A stretch of DNA of 64,000 bases from Minisyncoccota bacterium (GCA_040879645.1 JBBDJY010000016.1:11064-75063), one strand, 5' to 3'. Counted from the stretch's first letter, positions 1 through 9,985 are shown. The notes: a model not told the origin generated them from the letters alone. Program-made: numbers and translations.

Positions 1-348
1 GGATTTTTGTCGTATTTTTGTTTAATACAAAGGGTATTTTTAGGCTAAAGGACAAATGTCTTTTATAATTATTAGAATTGTCCTTTAGATTTTTGGGCCG
101 GTTGGATTGTCAAACTTCAGAAGTTTGACAGCGGGGTTTGGCCGGCCGGCCGGATTTTTTGTGTTTTTGCCGACAAATCGGCCGGCTGAATCTACTCGGA
201 TTGCCCGGTCGGATAGGAGATATTTGGTTAGGGCTTGACTTTTCTTTCGATATCTACTAGAGATGTATCCAGCTTTGATCTTTAGACAATTTGCTCTTTC
301 TTGTTCTTTTTGCTGATGGCAAGTTTTAATACTTGCACCCAAAAAAAT

Positions 349-2484
349 ATGTTGGATTTAACTGCAAAAAGGAGTTCCTTACTAGTCCTGGCCATGGCCG
401 GGCTATTTTTAGTGACAGCCTTACCGGCTTTAGCCGAGGAGGTGATTGAAAAGGACAGTCCGACTCCGGTGGTGGAGAGTGTTTTGGTTTCTGCTGAGGC
501 AGGGCCGGCGGTGGAAGATTCTGCCGTCGCGACGACCATTGAGTCGATGGAAGTCAAAAATGAGACCGGTGATGAGGTGGTTGTCAGTAATGAGGTAGAG
601 GCCGGTTTGCCGGCCGGAGAGGAGACCTCAGGAGAACTGGCCACTTCGGCGGAAGTTTCTTTTAATCTTTTAATGACCACTGAGGCCGAGACCGCGGTTT
701 CGACCGAAGTTTCGGCAGTGATTGAGGCCACTGTTCCCGAGCCGACACCTTTGCCGGAAATCGCTATCAGTAATGAAGCGATTTTGGCGACAATTTCAAT
801 TACTCCCGATCCGGACCCAACACCGGAAATTGCCATCAGCAATGAATTTAATTTTATAACTCAAGCGGTCGTCCCCGATCCGGACCCAACACCGGCAGAA
901 ATAGCTGTCAGTGGGGAAATGTCCTTTACCACCGGTGATGGTGGTAATGGCGGTGGTGACGAGCCGGAGTCGGAGATTGCCATCAGTGCGGAAATGTCCT
1001 TTAGAACCGCCAGTGACGGTAACGGTGGCGGTGGCGATCCAACAACAGAGATAGCCATCAGTACCGAAATGTCCTTTAGAACCGCCAGTGGCGGTAATGG
1101 GGGCGGTGGCGGTGGTGATGACCCGACACCGGAAATTGCCATCAGCAATGAATTTAATTTTACGACTTCAACCACCGGCGGGCCGGAGTTGGAGCGAGCG
1201 ATTAGCGATGAAATGTCCTTTACCACCGCCAGTGGCGGTAATGGTGGTGGTGGCGGAGGTGGCCCAAGTGGCGGCGGCGGAGGTGGCCGAATTCCTTCGG
1301 TCATTCCGACGGAAAAATATTTCTGCGAACCGTATTTAAAAAAGTTCATCCGCTTCGGTTACGACAACGACCCGATGGAAGTTTTGAAACTGAAAATATT
1401 CCTCAATACTTTTGAGGGCTTTAATCTGCGTTTGACTCCGGTCTATGATCTGGAGGCCTTCCGGGCGGTGGAGATTTTCCAAATGCGCTATGCGAGTGAC
1501 ATTATCCAGCCTTGGCGAAACCTTTATGGACCGACCGGTTTTGTCTATATCACCACAACTTTGAAGATTAACTATATCTTCTGCGGTGTTACCGCTCCGA
1601 TTGATATGGACCTTTTTGCTCGAGAAGATTTGATTCGTTGGGTGCCGGCGGCGGCTGATGTTTTGCCCCTTGACGATGAAGATGATGAAGATATTTTGCC
1701 GATTATTTTACCCCCGCTTGACGGTGAAGTTGGCCGGCTTGAAGAGTCGGACAATGCCTTGGTGGCCATTTGGCAATTATTGGCCGGCTTACCTTTCTTG
1801 TCGCTCGACTTTCTGTGCGACTGGTGCTGGCTGGTTATTTTAATTCTGCTTTTAATTATCCTCTATCTCTTGGGCCGGAACCGTCGGTTAAAGAGGGAGG
1901 CGTCCGACTATCAGAGTGAATTAAATCATTTTTACTCGGCCTCGGCGGCCGGTTTGGCGGGCGGGGTGGCTGCCGGCGGAGATGATGGTCCGACGGATGG
2001 TAATGTTCCCGGGGGAGCAAGCACTGCTTCAATGTTAGCGACCGGTGCTGTTTTTGGTGCCGCCGGTCGAGAAGATACTCAAACGGAGACTGAAGAGGAC
2101 GATGAAAATGAAATGGCTGACAAAGAAAATTCTCATTCACCACTAGACACTTCTTTGCCGGGGATGCCGGCGATAGCGGGGGCGGAAACTGAAGATTTAC
2201 CGGCGGCGTCGGATGTTTCGACGACTCCCGCCTCGGAAAATGACTTTGATTTTCCGGTGAGTAAGGAAAATGATCTTGACCGGCAAGCCTTTGATCAAGT
2301 TGAAGACGAAGCAGTCGTCAATCCGGCCGAGGAGGTTGGTGACGAAGAAATGGATGAAGAGGTGATTGACGAATATTTTAATCGTAACGCCATCTCTTAT
2401 GTTAAAGATGGGCGAACGGGCGAAACCAGTTTGGCGGATGAAATTGAGAAGATTCGGTCTGAAGGAAGTCAAAAAAACAAATAA
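349..2484 (+). CDS. Membrane-anchored surface protein: signal peptide, tandem EIAISxEhxFTT repeats with Gly/Pro linkers, peptidoglycan-binding-like domain, TM helix, acidic tail
   Basis: ORF 301..2484; likely start ATG 349 (MLDLTAKRSSLLVLAMAGLFLVTALPALA, signal-like). CEPYLKKFIRFG...EVLKLKIFLN...AVEIFQMRY...TGFVYITT resembles PG-binding domains of CPR surface proteins; WLVILILLLIILYLL is a TM segment. Confidence 0.75.
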   Translation: MLDLTAKRSSLLVLAMAGLFLVTALPALAEEVIEKDSPTPVVESVLVSAEAGPAVEDSAVATTIESMEVKNETGDEVVVSNEVEAGLPAGEETSGELATSAEVSFNLLMTTEAETAVSTEVSAVIEATVPEPTPLPEIAISNEAILATISITPDPDPTPEIAISNEFNFITQAVVPDPDPTPAEIAVSGEMSFTTGDGGNGGGDEPESEIAISAEMSFRTASDGNGGGGDPTTEIAISTEMSFRTASGGNGGGGGGDDPTPEIAISNEFNFTTSTTGGPELERAISDEMSFTTASGGNGGGGGGGPSGGGGGGRIPSVIPTEKYFCEPYLKKFIRFGYDNDPMEVLKLKIFLNTFEGFNLRLTPVYDLEAFRAVEIFQMRYASDIIQPWRNLYGPTGFVYITTTLKINYIFCGVTAPIDMDLFAREDLIRWVPAAADVLPLDDEDDEDILPIILPPLDGEVGRLEESDNALVAIWQLLAGLPFLSLDFLCDWCWLVILILLLIILYLLGRNRRLKREASDYQSELNHFYSASAAGLAGGVAAGGDDGPTDGNVPGGASTASMLATGAVFGAAGREDTQTETEEDDENEMADKENSHSPLDTSLPGMPAIAGAETEDLPAASDVSTTPASENDFDFPVSKENDLDRQAFDQVEDEAVVNPAEEVGDEEMDEEVIDEYFNRNAISYVKDGRTGETSLADEIEKIRSEGSQKNK
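574..1230 (+). repeat. Intragenic peptide repeats E(I/R)A(I/V)SxE(M/F)xF
   Basis: Clear copies start at 757, 826, 898, 973, 1048, 1132, 1192 and degenerate ones near 574, 634, 688; DNA also repeats (ccggaaattgccatcagcaatgaatttaatttta twice). Confidence 0.9.
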
Positions 2485-2500
2485 TTAACTTTGGGTTTTA

Positions 2501-2573
2501 AATTTTGTCAAGGTGTCACCTTGACAAAATTGATGATTCCAAAACCAAAACTGGCAAGGTGACACCTTGACAG
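2501..2573. repeat. REP-like palindrome family C (TGTCAAGGTG-W-CACCTTGACA), doublet
   Basis: Perfect 15-bp-arm palindrome 2501..2531 and a one-mismatch copy 2551..2573; other full copies at 40527 and 54578, half copies at ~48945 and ~52541. Confidence 0.9.
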
Positions 2574-2769
2574 TTTTGGTAGGGGGGATTTTTGTCCGGT
2601 TTCCACCGGCTTTTTTTGACCTTGACAAAACCATAAATATTTGCCAGTAATTGAATCAGACAACTTGGCCTTAGGCCCAGTTTTGACATAGGAATAAGCG
2701 AAACTTTTCGCGAAAATACACACACGGAACACGGACGAAAAAAGCCGATTTATCGGCAGGAGGTGAGTG

Positions 2770-4950
2770 ATGAAGAAGTTTATGGTGTTGTTTTTGGTGG
2801 TTGGACTGGCCGGTTTTCTGATCGGTTGTCCGCCCGCCGAGCGGACCGTCATCGTCGAGGGTTACCTTGACATCGACGGTTGCGATCAGGCGACTCTCGG
2901 GGCCGAAATCATTCGGCCGGAGTTTCCGGCCGAGGCAACCTTTGACCTCTACAAAGGTGACCGGTCCTCCATGCGTCCTTGGGCGCGGGTGGCTTACAAG
3001 GCCGGCGAAGACGTTGAAATCTACGAAGCGACGGCCGTTGACGGTCAGAAGCTTTTTCTTCAACGCCATGTGATGCTCTGGAACGGACAGTGGTATTACA
3101 CCACTCACCGGTCATTTCCTCATCAGCCGATCTATGTGATCGGTCGGCCGGTGATTGGCCGGGTGGATTATGATGTCAGTACTTTGGTCCGGGCCGTTCT
3201 CTTTGTCGGAATTTTGTCTCATTTAGGCAATATCGGCGATGGTGACGGTGCGGATGCGCCTTGGTTTGCCTTACCTGATCGCAGTAGTGATTGGGAATTG
3301 CCGGCCTTTGCTCTGTTTCGGATTACTGATCCGGCACCGGCCAGTTACCAAATTGTGGCCAGAGTGCCGGGCTGGGAGGCCGGAACGACCGAACGATTTA
3401 CCGGCATTGTCGGCAATCCTCATGGTTGTCCGCCACCGGGACCGGAAACGGTATTCGTGCCGGACACCAGTAACTTGCCGGAAGACGAAGCGGTGGACTT
3501 GGTCAACAGTTTCGACTTGATAGTCGGAACGATTACCCGGGTTTGCAGCGATACCGTCGCTACCGGTCGGGTGATTCGTTCCGTTCCGCCAGCCGGGGCT
3601 TCGGTACCGGTGGGGACGATCATTGACTTGGTTGTTTCCAGTGGGCCGTGTCCGCCAATAAATGTCACCGTTCCCGATTTTACCGGTGGAACGGAAGACG
3701 ATGCTCGTGATCGTCTTGACGACTTAGGTTTTGACGTCTCGGTGACCCGTGTTTGTAGCGACACCGTCGCTGTCGGCCGAGTCACCAGTCAAGATCCCTC
3801 AGCTGGGACTTCGGTACCGGTGGGGACGATCATTAACTTGGTGGTCTCGGATGGGCCGTGTACTTTGCCCAACTTGACGCTTGAGCTTGGTCTCAACCAG
3901 ACTGAATTTCAGGTTGGTGACACGGCGATTTTGACGGTCGAATGGTCCGGTAGTGGTACGCCGTTTGATTTTACGGCAACCTTCCCGGATGCGGTCGGCG
4001 TGGCTGGTCGGGTCTTTGAAAATGGCCTGATCGAGTTCTCGGTTTTGCCCGAGTCGGCTGATTCGTCGGTAGAACTTTTTACCGATGGCCTTGGTCACTT
4101 GGAGATTCACCGACGGTTGTCTTCGGATACCGGTGGCGAATCTTTGCCGATTTTGGTCCGGGTGATTGGGGTTGATGATCAGGAGGTGACGCGGGAAATT
4201 TTCCTGCGTGTCAATCGGCCTGATGTCACTGTTCCTGACTTTGGGGGCCGGACCGAGGACGAGGCTCGTGATGTGTTGGAAGGCTTGGGCCTTGGTGTAT
4301 CGGTGACCCGTGTGTGTAGCGACACTGTCGCTACCGGCCGGGTCATCAGTCAAGACCCTCCAGCCGGGACTTCGGTACCGGCGGGGACAATCATTAACTT
4401 GGTGGTCTCGAGCGGGCCGTGTGCGCCGGTAGAAATGCCGGTGCCGAATATTGTTGGCTTGCCCGAAGCCGAAGCGCGGTCGGCGATTGCTGATGCCGGC
4501 TTGAACCTCGGTGCGATTACTGAGGTCTATCATCCGACAATGACCGCCGGCCGGGTAACTTCTTCCAATCCGGTGGCCGGGACAATTGTACCACCCGGAT
4601 CAGCGGTTGATTTTTCGGTCTCACTCGGACCGGAACCTCCGCCGACCTTGAGTCTTTTGCTTGAGGTTTTGAATTCGACCAATCGTGTTTTTACGGTTGG
4701 TGACATTGTTGCTGTTCGGGCAACGATACTGGGTGGTCAGTCGGGATTCGAAGTCCGGATTGCTTGGCCGAACGCGACGCTCAATTCGTCGACCGGCCAG
4801 GCGCGAGTCTTTGACTTTGCCCAAGTGGCGACCAGTGCCACCTACTCGTCTGGAGCTGAGCCAATCTTTTTGCCCGTTCGCGGGCGAGTAATTGATTCGG
4901 CCGGAGCGGTGGCTGATGCGGAAGTGTTTATCCGCATTAACCCGAATTAG
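2770..4950 (+). CDS. PASTA-domain lipoprotein (four PASTA domains plus Ig-like beta domains)
   Basis: SD AGGAGGTG at 2758; lipobox LAGFLIGC; repeats VPDFxG...A...L...G...CSDTVAxGRVxSQDPxAGTSVPxGTIINLVVSxGPC. Confidence 0.85.
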   Translation: MKKFMVLFLVVGLAGFLIGCPPAERTVIVEGYLDIDGCDQATLGAEIIRPEFPAEATFDLYKGDRSSMRPWARVAYKAGEDVEIYEATAVDGQKLFLQRHVMLWNGQWYYTTHRSFPHQPIYVIGRPVIGRVDYDVSTLVRAVLFVGILSHLGNIGDGDGADAPWFALPDRSSDWELPAFALFRITDPAPASYQIVARVPGWEAGTTERFTGIVGNPHGCPPPGPETVFVPDTSNLPEDEAVDLVNSFDLIVGTITRVCSDTVATGRVIRSVPPAGASVPVGTIIDLVVSSGPCPPINVTVPDFTGGTEDDARDRLDDLGFDVSVTRVCSDTVAVGRVTSQDPSAGTSVPVGTIINLVVSDGPCTLPNLTLELGLNQTEFQVGDTAILTVEWSGSGTPFDFTATFPDAVGVAGRVFENGLIEFSVLPESADSSVELFTDGLGHLEIHRRLSSDTGGESLPILVRVIGVDDQEVTREIFLRVNRPDVTVPDFGGRTEDEARDVLEGLGLGVSVTRVCSDTVATGRVISQDPPAGTSVPAGTIINLVVSSGPCAPVEMPVPNIVGLPEAEARSAIADAGLNLGAITEVYHPTMTAGRVTSSNPVAGTIVPPGSAVDFSVSLGPEPPPTLSLLLEVLNSTNRVFTVGDIVAVRATILGGQSGFEVRIAWPNATLNSSTGQARVFDFAQVATSATYSSGAEPIFLPVRGRVIDSAGAVADAEVFIRINPN

Positions 4951-4955
4951 AATTA

Positions 4956-5137
4956 GTCGAGGTTGAACCTCGACCAATGTTTGTACCCCCGAAGCCAACG
5001 GCTTCGGGGGTTTTCTTTTTTCAAATCGAGATGGGCCGGTCTTTAAAGCTTTAGTCGAGGTTGAACCTCAATACCGAGGTTTAACCTCGTTATTGAACCT
5101 CGTTATTGAGTGTTGGTCGAGGTTGAACCTCGACTAA
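4956..5137. repeat. REP-like palindrome family A cluster (CGAGGTT-N-AACCTCG)
   Basis: gtcgaggttgaacctcgac at 4956..4974 and 5116..5134, plus partial or variant copies 5051..5105. Confidence 0.9.
4985..5021 (+). terminator. Intrinsic terminator after the PASTA gene
   Basis: acccccgaagcc-aac-ggcttcgggggt followed by a T-rich tract. Confidence 0.8.
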
Positions 5138-5262
5138 TGCTACGGCTGATTTAATTCCTTGCATATTTTTTATATTCGTGGTAGTAATGGTTAAATTATC
5201 CTTGGACCGTAAACGGCCGGGAAAAGGGCGAAATTAGAAATTTATCAATAAGGAGAATAATT

Positions 5263-5913
5263 ATGAAGAAAATAAACAAAATAGCAGTCATTTTGACCTT
5301 GGCGATCTTGGTTTTGGTACCGGTTTTGGCTTTGGCGCAAACGGCGCTTAATGTCGCCATTACGGCACCGGCGGACGGAACGGAAGTTGTTGTCGGGCAG
5401 AGTGTAAACTTTACCGGTACGGCAACCGGTGGCGATTCTTCAAGTTACCAATTTAATTGGACTTGGGGTGATGGCACCGAAACCAGTTCAGGTAATAACA
5501 ATGGGGCAACCCAGACGACTCATACCTTTAGCACCATTGGGGCTAAAACAGTAGAATTGCGGGCCATTGACTTGAATACCAATTCGGGCACCAAGACGAT
5601 TACCGTCAATGTTGTTACCGGTGAGCCGGCCCTGGTTATTTCCAATGTGCGAGTTGAGGCGGCTGATATAACAGCCAATAGCGCGATTGTTCGTTGGACG
5701 ACTAATAAGCCGGCCACCAGTCGGGTTATTTACGACACGGTTTCTCGGGCCGGAGCCTTGAATATGAATTTGGCTCCAAATTATGGTTACGCTCATTTCA
5801 CCGGGACGGTAAATACCAGCCCAATGGTTACCGAGCATGCCGTTACCGTTTCCGGTTTGTCAGCTTCCACTCAGTACTTTTTCCGAGCGATTTCGGAAGT
5901 CCCGGCCAATTAA
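5263..5913 (+). CDS. Secreted PKD + fibronectin type III-like protein
   Basis: Signal peptide; PKD motif YQFNWTWGDG..THTFST.G.KTVEL; FN3-like SAIVRWTTNKPATSRVIY...HAVTVSGLSASTQYFFRAIS; SD AAGGAG. Confidence 0.85.
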   Translation: MKKINKIAVILTLAILVLVPVLALAQTALNVAITAPADGTEVVVGQSVNFTGTATGGDSSSYQFNWTWGDGTETSSGNNNGATQTTHTFSTIGAKTVELRAIDLNTNSGTKTITVNVVTGEPALVISNVRVEAADITANSAIVRWTTNKPATSRVIYDTVSRAGALNMNLAPNYGYAHFTGTVNTSPMVTEHAVTVSGLSASTQYFFRAISEVPAN

Positions 5914-5967
5914 TCATTTTTGATTAAGCACCGCCGGATTGGCTTTTCGTGATATACTCACGGAGAA

Positions 5968-6927
5968 ATGAATCCGGAAACACGACAAAAAATCAAAGAA
6001 TTATTTCCGTTAGTTAAGGAAGATGTTCCGCTGGCTCCCCTGACCACTTTTGGTCTCGGAGGTAAAGCGACTTTCTATCTGCGGGTCAAAACCGCCGGCC
6101 GATTGGCCGGTGTTTTGGCGCTTGTCCGAGCTTATCATCTACCGGCCACCATTATGGCCGGTGGCAGTAATATTGTTTTTGCCGATGAGCGGGTGGATAA
6201 ATTAATTATTCATTACCAAAGTTTTAATCATGCCCGGCCGACGATTTTAGGTCGGAAGATGCGCGTTGAAGCCGGTTTGGTTTTGGATAAAGTGGTTAAA
6301 ATTTCCGCCCGAGCCGGCATGGCCGGTCTCGAGTATTTGACTGACATTCCCGGCACGGTTGGCGGAGCAATTGTCGGCAATGCCGGTGCCTATGGTCAAG
6401 CCATCGCCGATCATTTGGTGAAAATTGAATATTTTGACGGTTTGATGGTCAAGACTATGCCGGCGGCGGAAGCCGAGTTTGCCTATCGGCACAGTATTTT
6501 TAAGACTAAAGATTGGGCGGTTTTGGCCGGCGTTTTTCGTTTGCCGGCCGGTGATCCCGCCGAATTGATGCGAGTGGTCGCGCGGATCAGGCGGTTTCGG
6601 CGCAAAAAGTACGAGCCGGGACTCAAATGCCCGGGCAGTTTTTTTAAGAATGTTTTGGTTGAAACGGTGTCGTCGGAGGTGCTTGGCCGTTTGGACCAGA
6701 GTAAAATCATTGATGGCAAAATTCCGGCCGGCTATTTATTGGAAGCGGTTGGGGCGCTTGGTCGGCGACGGGGCGATATTGCCATCGCGTCTTTTCATGG
6801 TAATCTGCTTTTTAATCTGGGTGAGGGGACTTGTCGGGATGTTTCCGGTTTGGCGGCCGAATTAAAACAAGCGGTTTGGGATAAATTCGGCATTACTTTG
6901 GAAGAAGAGATTCGTTACATTTTTTAA
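5968..6927 (+). CDS. murB: UDP-N-acetylenolpyruvoylglucosamine reductase
   Basis: TTFGLGGKA, GGSNIV, IPGTVGGAIVGNAGAYG, FAYRHSIFK, GSFFKN, HGNLLFN, LEEEI. Confidence 0.96.
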   Translation: MNPETRQKIKELFPLVKEDVPLAPLTTFGLGGKATFYLRVKTAGRLAGVLALVRAYHLPATIMAGGSNIVFADERVDKLIIHYQSFNHARPTILGRKMRVEAGLVLDKVVKISARAGMAGLEYLTDIPGTVGGAIVGNAGAYGQAIADHLVKIEYFDGLMVKTMPAAEAEFAYRHSIFKTKDWAVLAGVFRLPAGDPAELMRVVARIRRFRRKKYEPGLKCPGSFFKNVLVETVSSEVLGRLDQSKIIDGKIPAGYLLEAVGALGRRRGDIAIASFHGNLLFNLGEGTCRDVSGLAAELKQAVWDKFGITLEEEIRYIF

Positions 6928-6964
6928 CTAATGCCAGGCGGATCTTGGTGGCTTGCCTCCTGGA

Positions 6965-7092
6965 GTCAATACCGAGGTTTAACCTCGGTATTGACGTTAT
7001 ATTTAGCCACGATAACGAGGTTAAACCTCGGTATTGAGTATTAGTCGAGGTTGAACCTCGACCTAGTCATTAATCGAGGTTAAACCTCAATC
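6965..7092. repeat. REP family A cluster (four copies)
   Basis: gtcaataccgaggtttaacctcggtattgac 6965..6995 plus copies near 7012, 7044, 7072. Confidence 0.9.
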
Positions 7093-7155
7093 ATCACCTC
7101 AATCATCAGTGTCGGCGTAGTGAGAAAAGGGTGGGAGCGTGATATAATGCAAGCG

Positions 7156-8625
7156 ATGGCAAAATCAGAGTACAAATTAACCGTCGGTTTGGAAATTCAC
7201 GCCGAATTAAAAACGCGAACCAAGATGTTTTGTCAGTCGGCCAATGATTCGGATGAGAAGCGGCCGAATGTCAATATTTGCCCGATTTGTTTGGGTCATC
7301 CCGGTACCTTGCCGGTGATTAATAAAGCGGCGGTGCGGTCAGTCCTTTTGGTCGGCCACGCGCTTGGTGGCCGTTTGGCCGACTTTACCGAATTTGACCG
7401 CAAAAACTATTTTTATCCCGATATTCCCAAGGGCTATCAAATCAGTCAGTACAAATACCCCTTGGTGGCCGGCGGCGAATTGGCCGGGGTGCAAATTACC
7501 CGCATTCACTTGGAAGAAGATACCGCCCGATCGCAACACGACCCTAAAACCGGCGAGAGTTTGGTTGATTTTAATCGGGCCGGTGTGCCGTTAATGGAAT
7601 TAGTCACCGAACCGGTGATTAAAAATGCCAAACAAGCTGGCGATTTTGCCCGCGAATTAAAATTACTGCTTGGGCCGGAATATTTAAATGTTTCGGCCGC
7701 CAATTTGGAAAAAGGCGAAATGCGGGTGGAAGCCAATATTTCGGTCAGTACCAATGACTATCTCGGGACCAAGGTGGAGGTTAAAAACCTTAATTCTTTT
7801 CGAGCGGTGGAAAAAGCGATTGACTATGAATTTGCCCGCCAGCGGGATTTACTGGCATCCGGCGGAACGGTCGTCCAAGAGACGCGAGGTTGGGACGAAA
7901 ACAACCAACAAACTTTCAGTCAACGGCAAAAAGAAATGTCTCATGATTATCGCTACTTTCCCGATCCCGATTTACCCAAATTAAAATTAAGCGCCGTGCC
8001 CGAATTAACCGCTTTGGCGGATTCTTTGCCGGAATTGCCGGCCGAAAAAAGCCGGCGTTTTCACGCCGATTACGGTCTTAAGGCCGAAGATATTAAAGTC
8101 ATCATCGCCAGTGCCAAATTAAGTGCTTGGTTTGAAGAGGTGGTTGGTCAAATGCCCGTCCGACCGGGTCATCCGGGCGGGCCCGCCGACGCGGAGAAAA
8201 ACCGTCTGGCGCAAACCGCCGCCAATTATATTGTTTCCGATTTGACCGGATTGTTGGCCGGTGATTTTAGTCGTTTGCCGTCGCCGGCCAACTTGGCCGA
8301 ATTGATGTTAATGATTAAGGACGGACAAGTGTCGTCTCGTGGAGCCAAAGATATTTTATCGTTAATGATTGCTGACAATCGATCGCCGCAAGCCATCGCC
8401 GAGGCCGAAAACTTATTCCAAAAAAGTGATCAGACCGAATTAACAGTGATTATTGAAAAGGTCATTGCCGACCAACCGGCGGTGGTCGCCGATTTTCGCG
8501 GTGGCAATGACAAGGTATTGCAATTTTTAATCGGCCAAGGAATGAAAGAGTCCAAAGGGACGGCTAATCCGGCGGTGCTGGCCAAAATGTTTATTGAGTC
8601 GATAAAAAAATCGACCGATAAATAA
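7156..8625 (+). CDS. gatB: Asp-tRNA(Asn)/Glu-tRNA(Gln) amidotransferase subunit B
   Basis: VGLEIHAEL, CLGHPGTLP, FDRKNYFYPD.PKGYQISQ, DFNRAGVPLMELVTEP, DYRYFPDPD; start ATG 7156 lies 7 nt after TATAAT. Confidence 0.97.
   Translation: MAKSEYKLTVGLEIHAELKTRTKMFCQSANDSDEKRPNVNICPICLGHPGTLPVINKAAVRSVLLVGHALGGRLADFTEFDRKNYFYPDIPKGYQISQYKYPLVAGGELAGVQITRIHLEEDTARSQHDPKTGESLVDFNRAGVPLMELVTEPVIKNAKQAGDFARELKLLLGPEYLNVSAANLEKGEMRVEANISVSTNDYLGTKVEVKNLNSFRAVEKAIDYEFARQRDLLASGGTVVQETRGWDENNQQTFSQRQKEMSHDYRYFPDPDLPKLKLSAVPELTALADSLPELPAEKSRRFHADYGLKAEDIKVIIASAKLSAWFEEVVGQMPVRPGHPGGPADAEKNRLAQTAANYIVSDLTGLLAGDFSRLPSPANLAELMLMIKDGQVSSRGAKDILSLMIADNRSPQAIAEAENLFQKSDQTELTVIIEKVIADQPAVVADFRGGNDKVLQFLIGQGMKESKGTANPAVLAKMFIESIKKSTDK
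8155..8181 (+). repeat. 27-bp palindromic element (family D) inside gatB
   Basis: cccgtccgaccgggtcatccgggcggg encoding PVRPGHPGG; near-identical copies at 26738 (inverted) and 48189. Confidence 0.85.
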
Positions 8626-8685
8626 TTTTTGTTTTTAGCCCCAATTATTTTTGGTTTTGTCGGCTGATTGCGGTATAATAAATTT

Positions 8686-9714
8686 ATGGCTGAAAGAAAA
8701 ATAAAAGTTGCCATCAATGGACTGGGCCGAATCGGCCGGGCTTTTCTTAAGATTGCCTCCGACCGACCGGAAATCGAAATTGTGGCGGTTAATGACTTGG
8801 CCGAGATTAAGAACATCGCTTACTTGATTAAATACGACACCGTTTATGGTGTGTGGCCGGGTGAAGTCGAAGCGGTAGAAGGTAATTTACTTATCAATAA
8901 CCGACCGGTGAAATTTTTAAGCATCGCTGATCCGAAAAATTTGCCGTGGAAGGATTTGGCTATTGATGTGGTGATTGAGGCGACCGGGGTTTTTGCCGGC
9001 TACGATAAATCTCGGGCTCATTTGGACGCCGGTGCTCGCAAGGTGGTGATTTCGGCGCCGGTCAAAGACGATCCGCCGGTCGGCATTGGCGGGGCCACCG
9101 TTTTAATGGGCATCAATCAAGATCAGTTGAATACTTGCCAGATATCGTCCAATGCTTCTTGTACCACCAATGCCGTCAGTCCGTTGATAAAAATATTAAA
9201 TGATGCGGTCGGGATTGAAAAAGCCGTTTTAAATACGGTTCATGGTTATACCGCCAGTCAAAAATTGGTGGATAGTCCCGATGCCAAGGATTTTCGTCGC
9301 GGTCGAGCCGGGGCGCAAAATATTATTCCCTCCACTACCGGGGCGGCGATTGCCGTTACCAAAGTCATGCCTGAATTGACCGATAAATTTGACGGTCTGG
9401 CCATGCGCGTGCCGGTACCGACCGGGTCTTTGGTTGATCTGACTTTTATCGCCAAGCGCGAGACAACGGTTGAAGAAGTTAACGGCAAGTTAAAAGCGGC
9501 GGCCGCCGATCCGGCTTGGCAGGCGGTATTTACCGTTACCGAGGACCCGATTGTTTCGGCGGATATTATCGGTTCGTCTTACGCTTCGATTGCCGATTTG
9601 GCTTTTACCAAGGTGATTGGCGGTAACTTGGTTAAAGTCTTGGCTTGGTATGATAATGAAATGGGCTATACCCATACTTTAATTCAGCATGTCCTGGAGA
9701 CGGGGAGTCGATAA
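8686..9714 (+). CDS. gap: Glyceraldehyde-3-phosphate dehydrogenase (type I)
   Basis: VAINGLGRIGR, SNASCTTN, AWYDNEMGY. Confidence 0.97.
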   Translation: MAERKIKVAINGLGRIGRAFLKIASDRPEIEIVAVNDLAEIKNIAYLIKYDTVYGVWPGEVEAVEGNLLINNRPVKFLSIADPKNLPWKDLAIDVVIEATGVFAGYDKSRAHLDAGARKVVISAPVKDDPPVGIGGATVLMGINQDQLNTCQISSNASCTTNAVSPLIKILNDAVGIEKAVLNTVHGYTASQKLVDSPDAKDFRRGRAGAQNIIPSTTGAAIAVTKVMPELTDKFDGLAMRVPVPTGSLVDLTFIAKRETTVEEVNGKLKAAAADPAWQAVFTVTEDPIVSADIIGSSYASIADLAFTKVIGGNLVKVLAWYDNEMGYTHTLIQHVLETGSR

Positions 9715-9731
9715 TCGGATTCAGTAGATTC

Positions 9732-9815
9732 TTGACTTTTGCGATTGTGACCTGTAGTATAGTAAATATACACGCCCCAGCTAGCCGCAAGGTCCGCTGG
9801 GGTTTTTCGTTTTTT
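9732..9815 (+). promoter_or_regulatory. Sigma70-like promoter followed by a terminator-like hairpin
   Basis: TTGACT (9732)-17 nt-TAGTAT (9755); ccccagc...gctgggg plus T-tract at ~9775..9815. Confidence 0.55.
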
Positions 9816-9832
9816 GTTGTTAGAATGTTCTA

Positions 9833-9895
9833 ATGAAGACTTTTTTACTTATAGATGGAGAAAATTGTAGCCAGAAAAATAAAATAATTGTATGA
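9833..9895 (+). pseudogene. 5' remnant of a NYN/LabA-like gene
   Basis: MKTFLLIDGEN resembles the NYN N-terminal xxIDGxN motif; stop after 20 codons. Confidence 0.5.
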
Positions 9896-9985
9896 TGACA
9901 GTTAAGGCTAAAAGTTAAGCGAGGTAATATAATTTATTGCTGTTAATTAAATTTAACCGGTAGTATACTTAAGAGATGGTGGTAT

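Noticed and set aside
282-1349. Long antisense ORFs (282..842, 861..1349) and similar shadows over core genes
   Set aside because: They mirror repetitive or biased sense-strand codons and show no independent motifs.
4956-7092. REP-A clusters as mini-CRISPR arrays
   Set aside because: Spacing is irregular, spacers are short or absent, copies are dispersed, and the motif flanks a RAYT gene.
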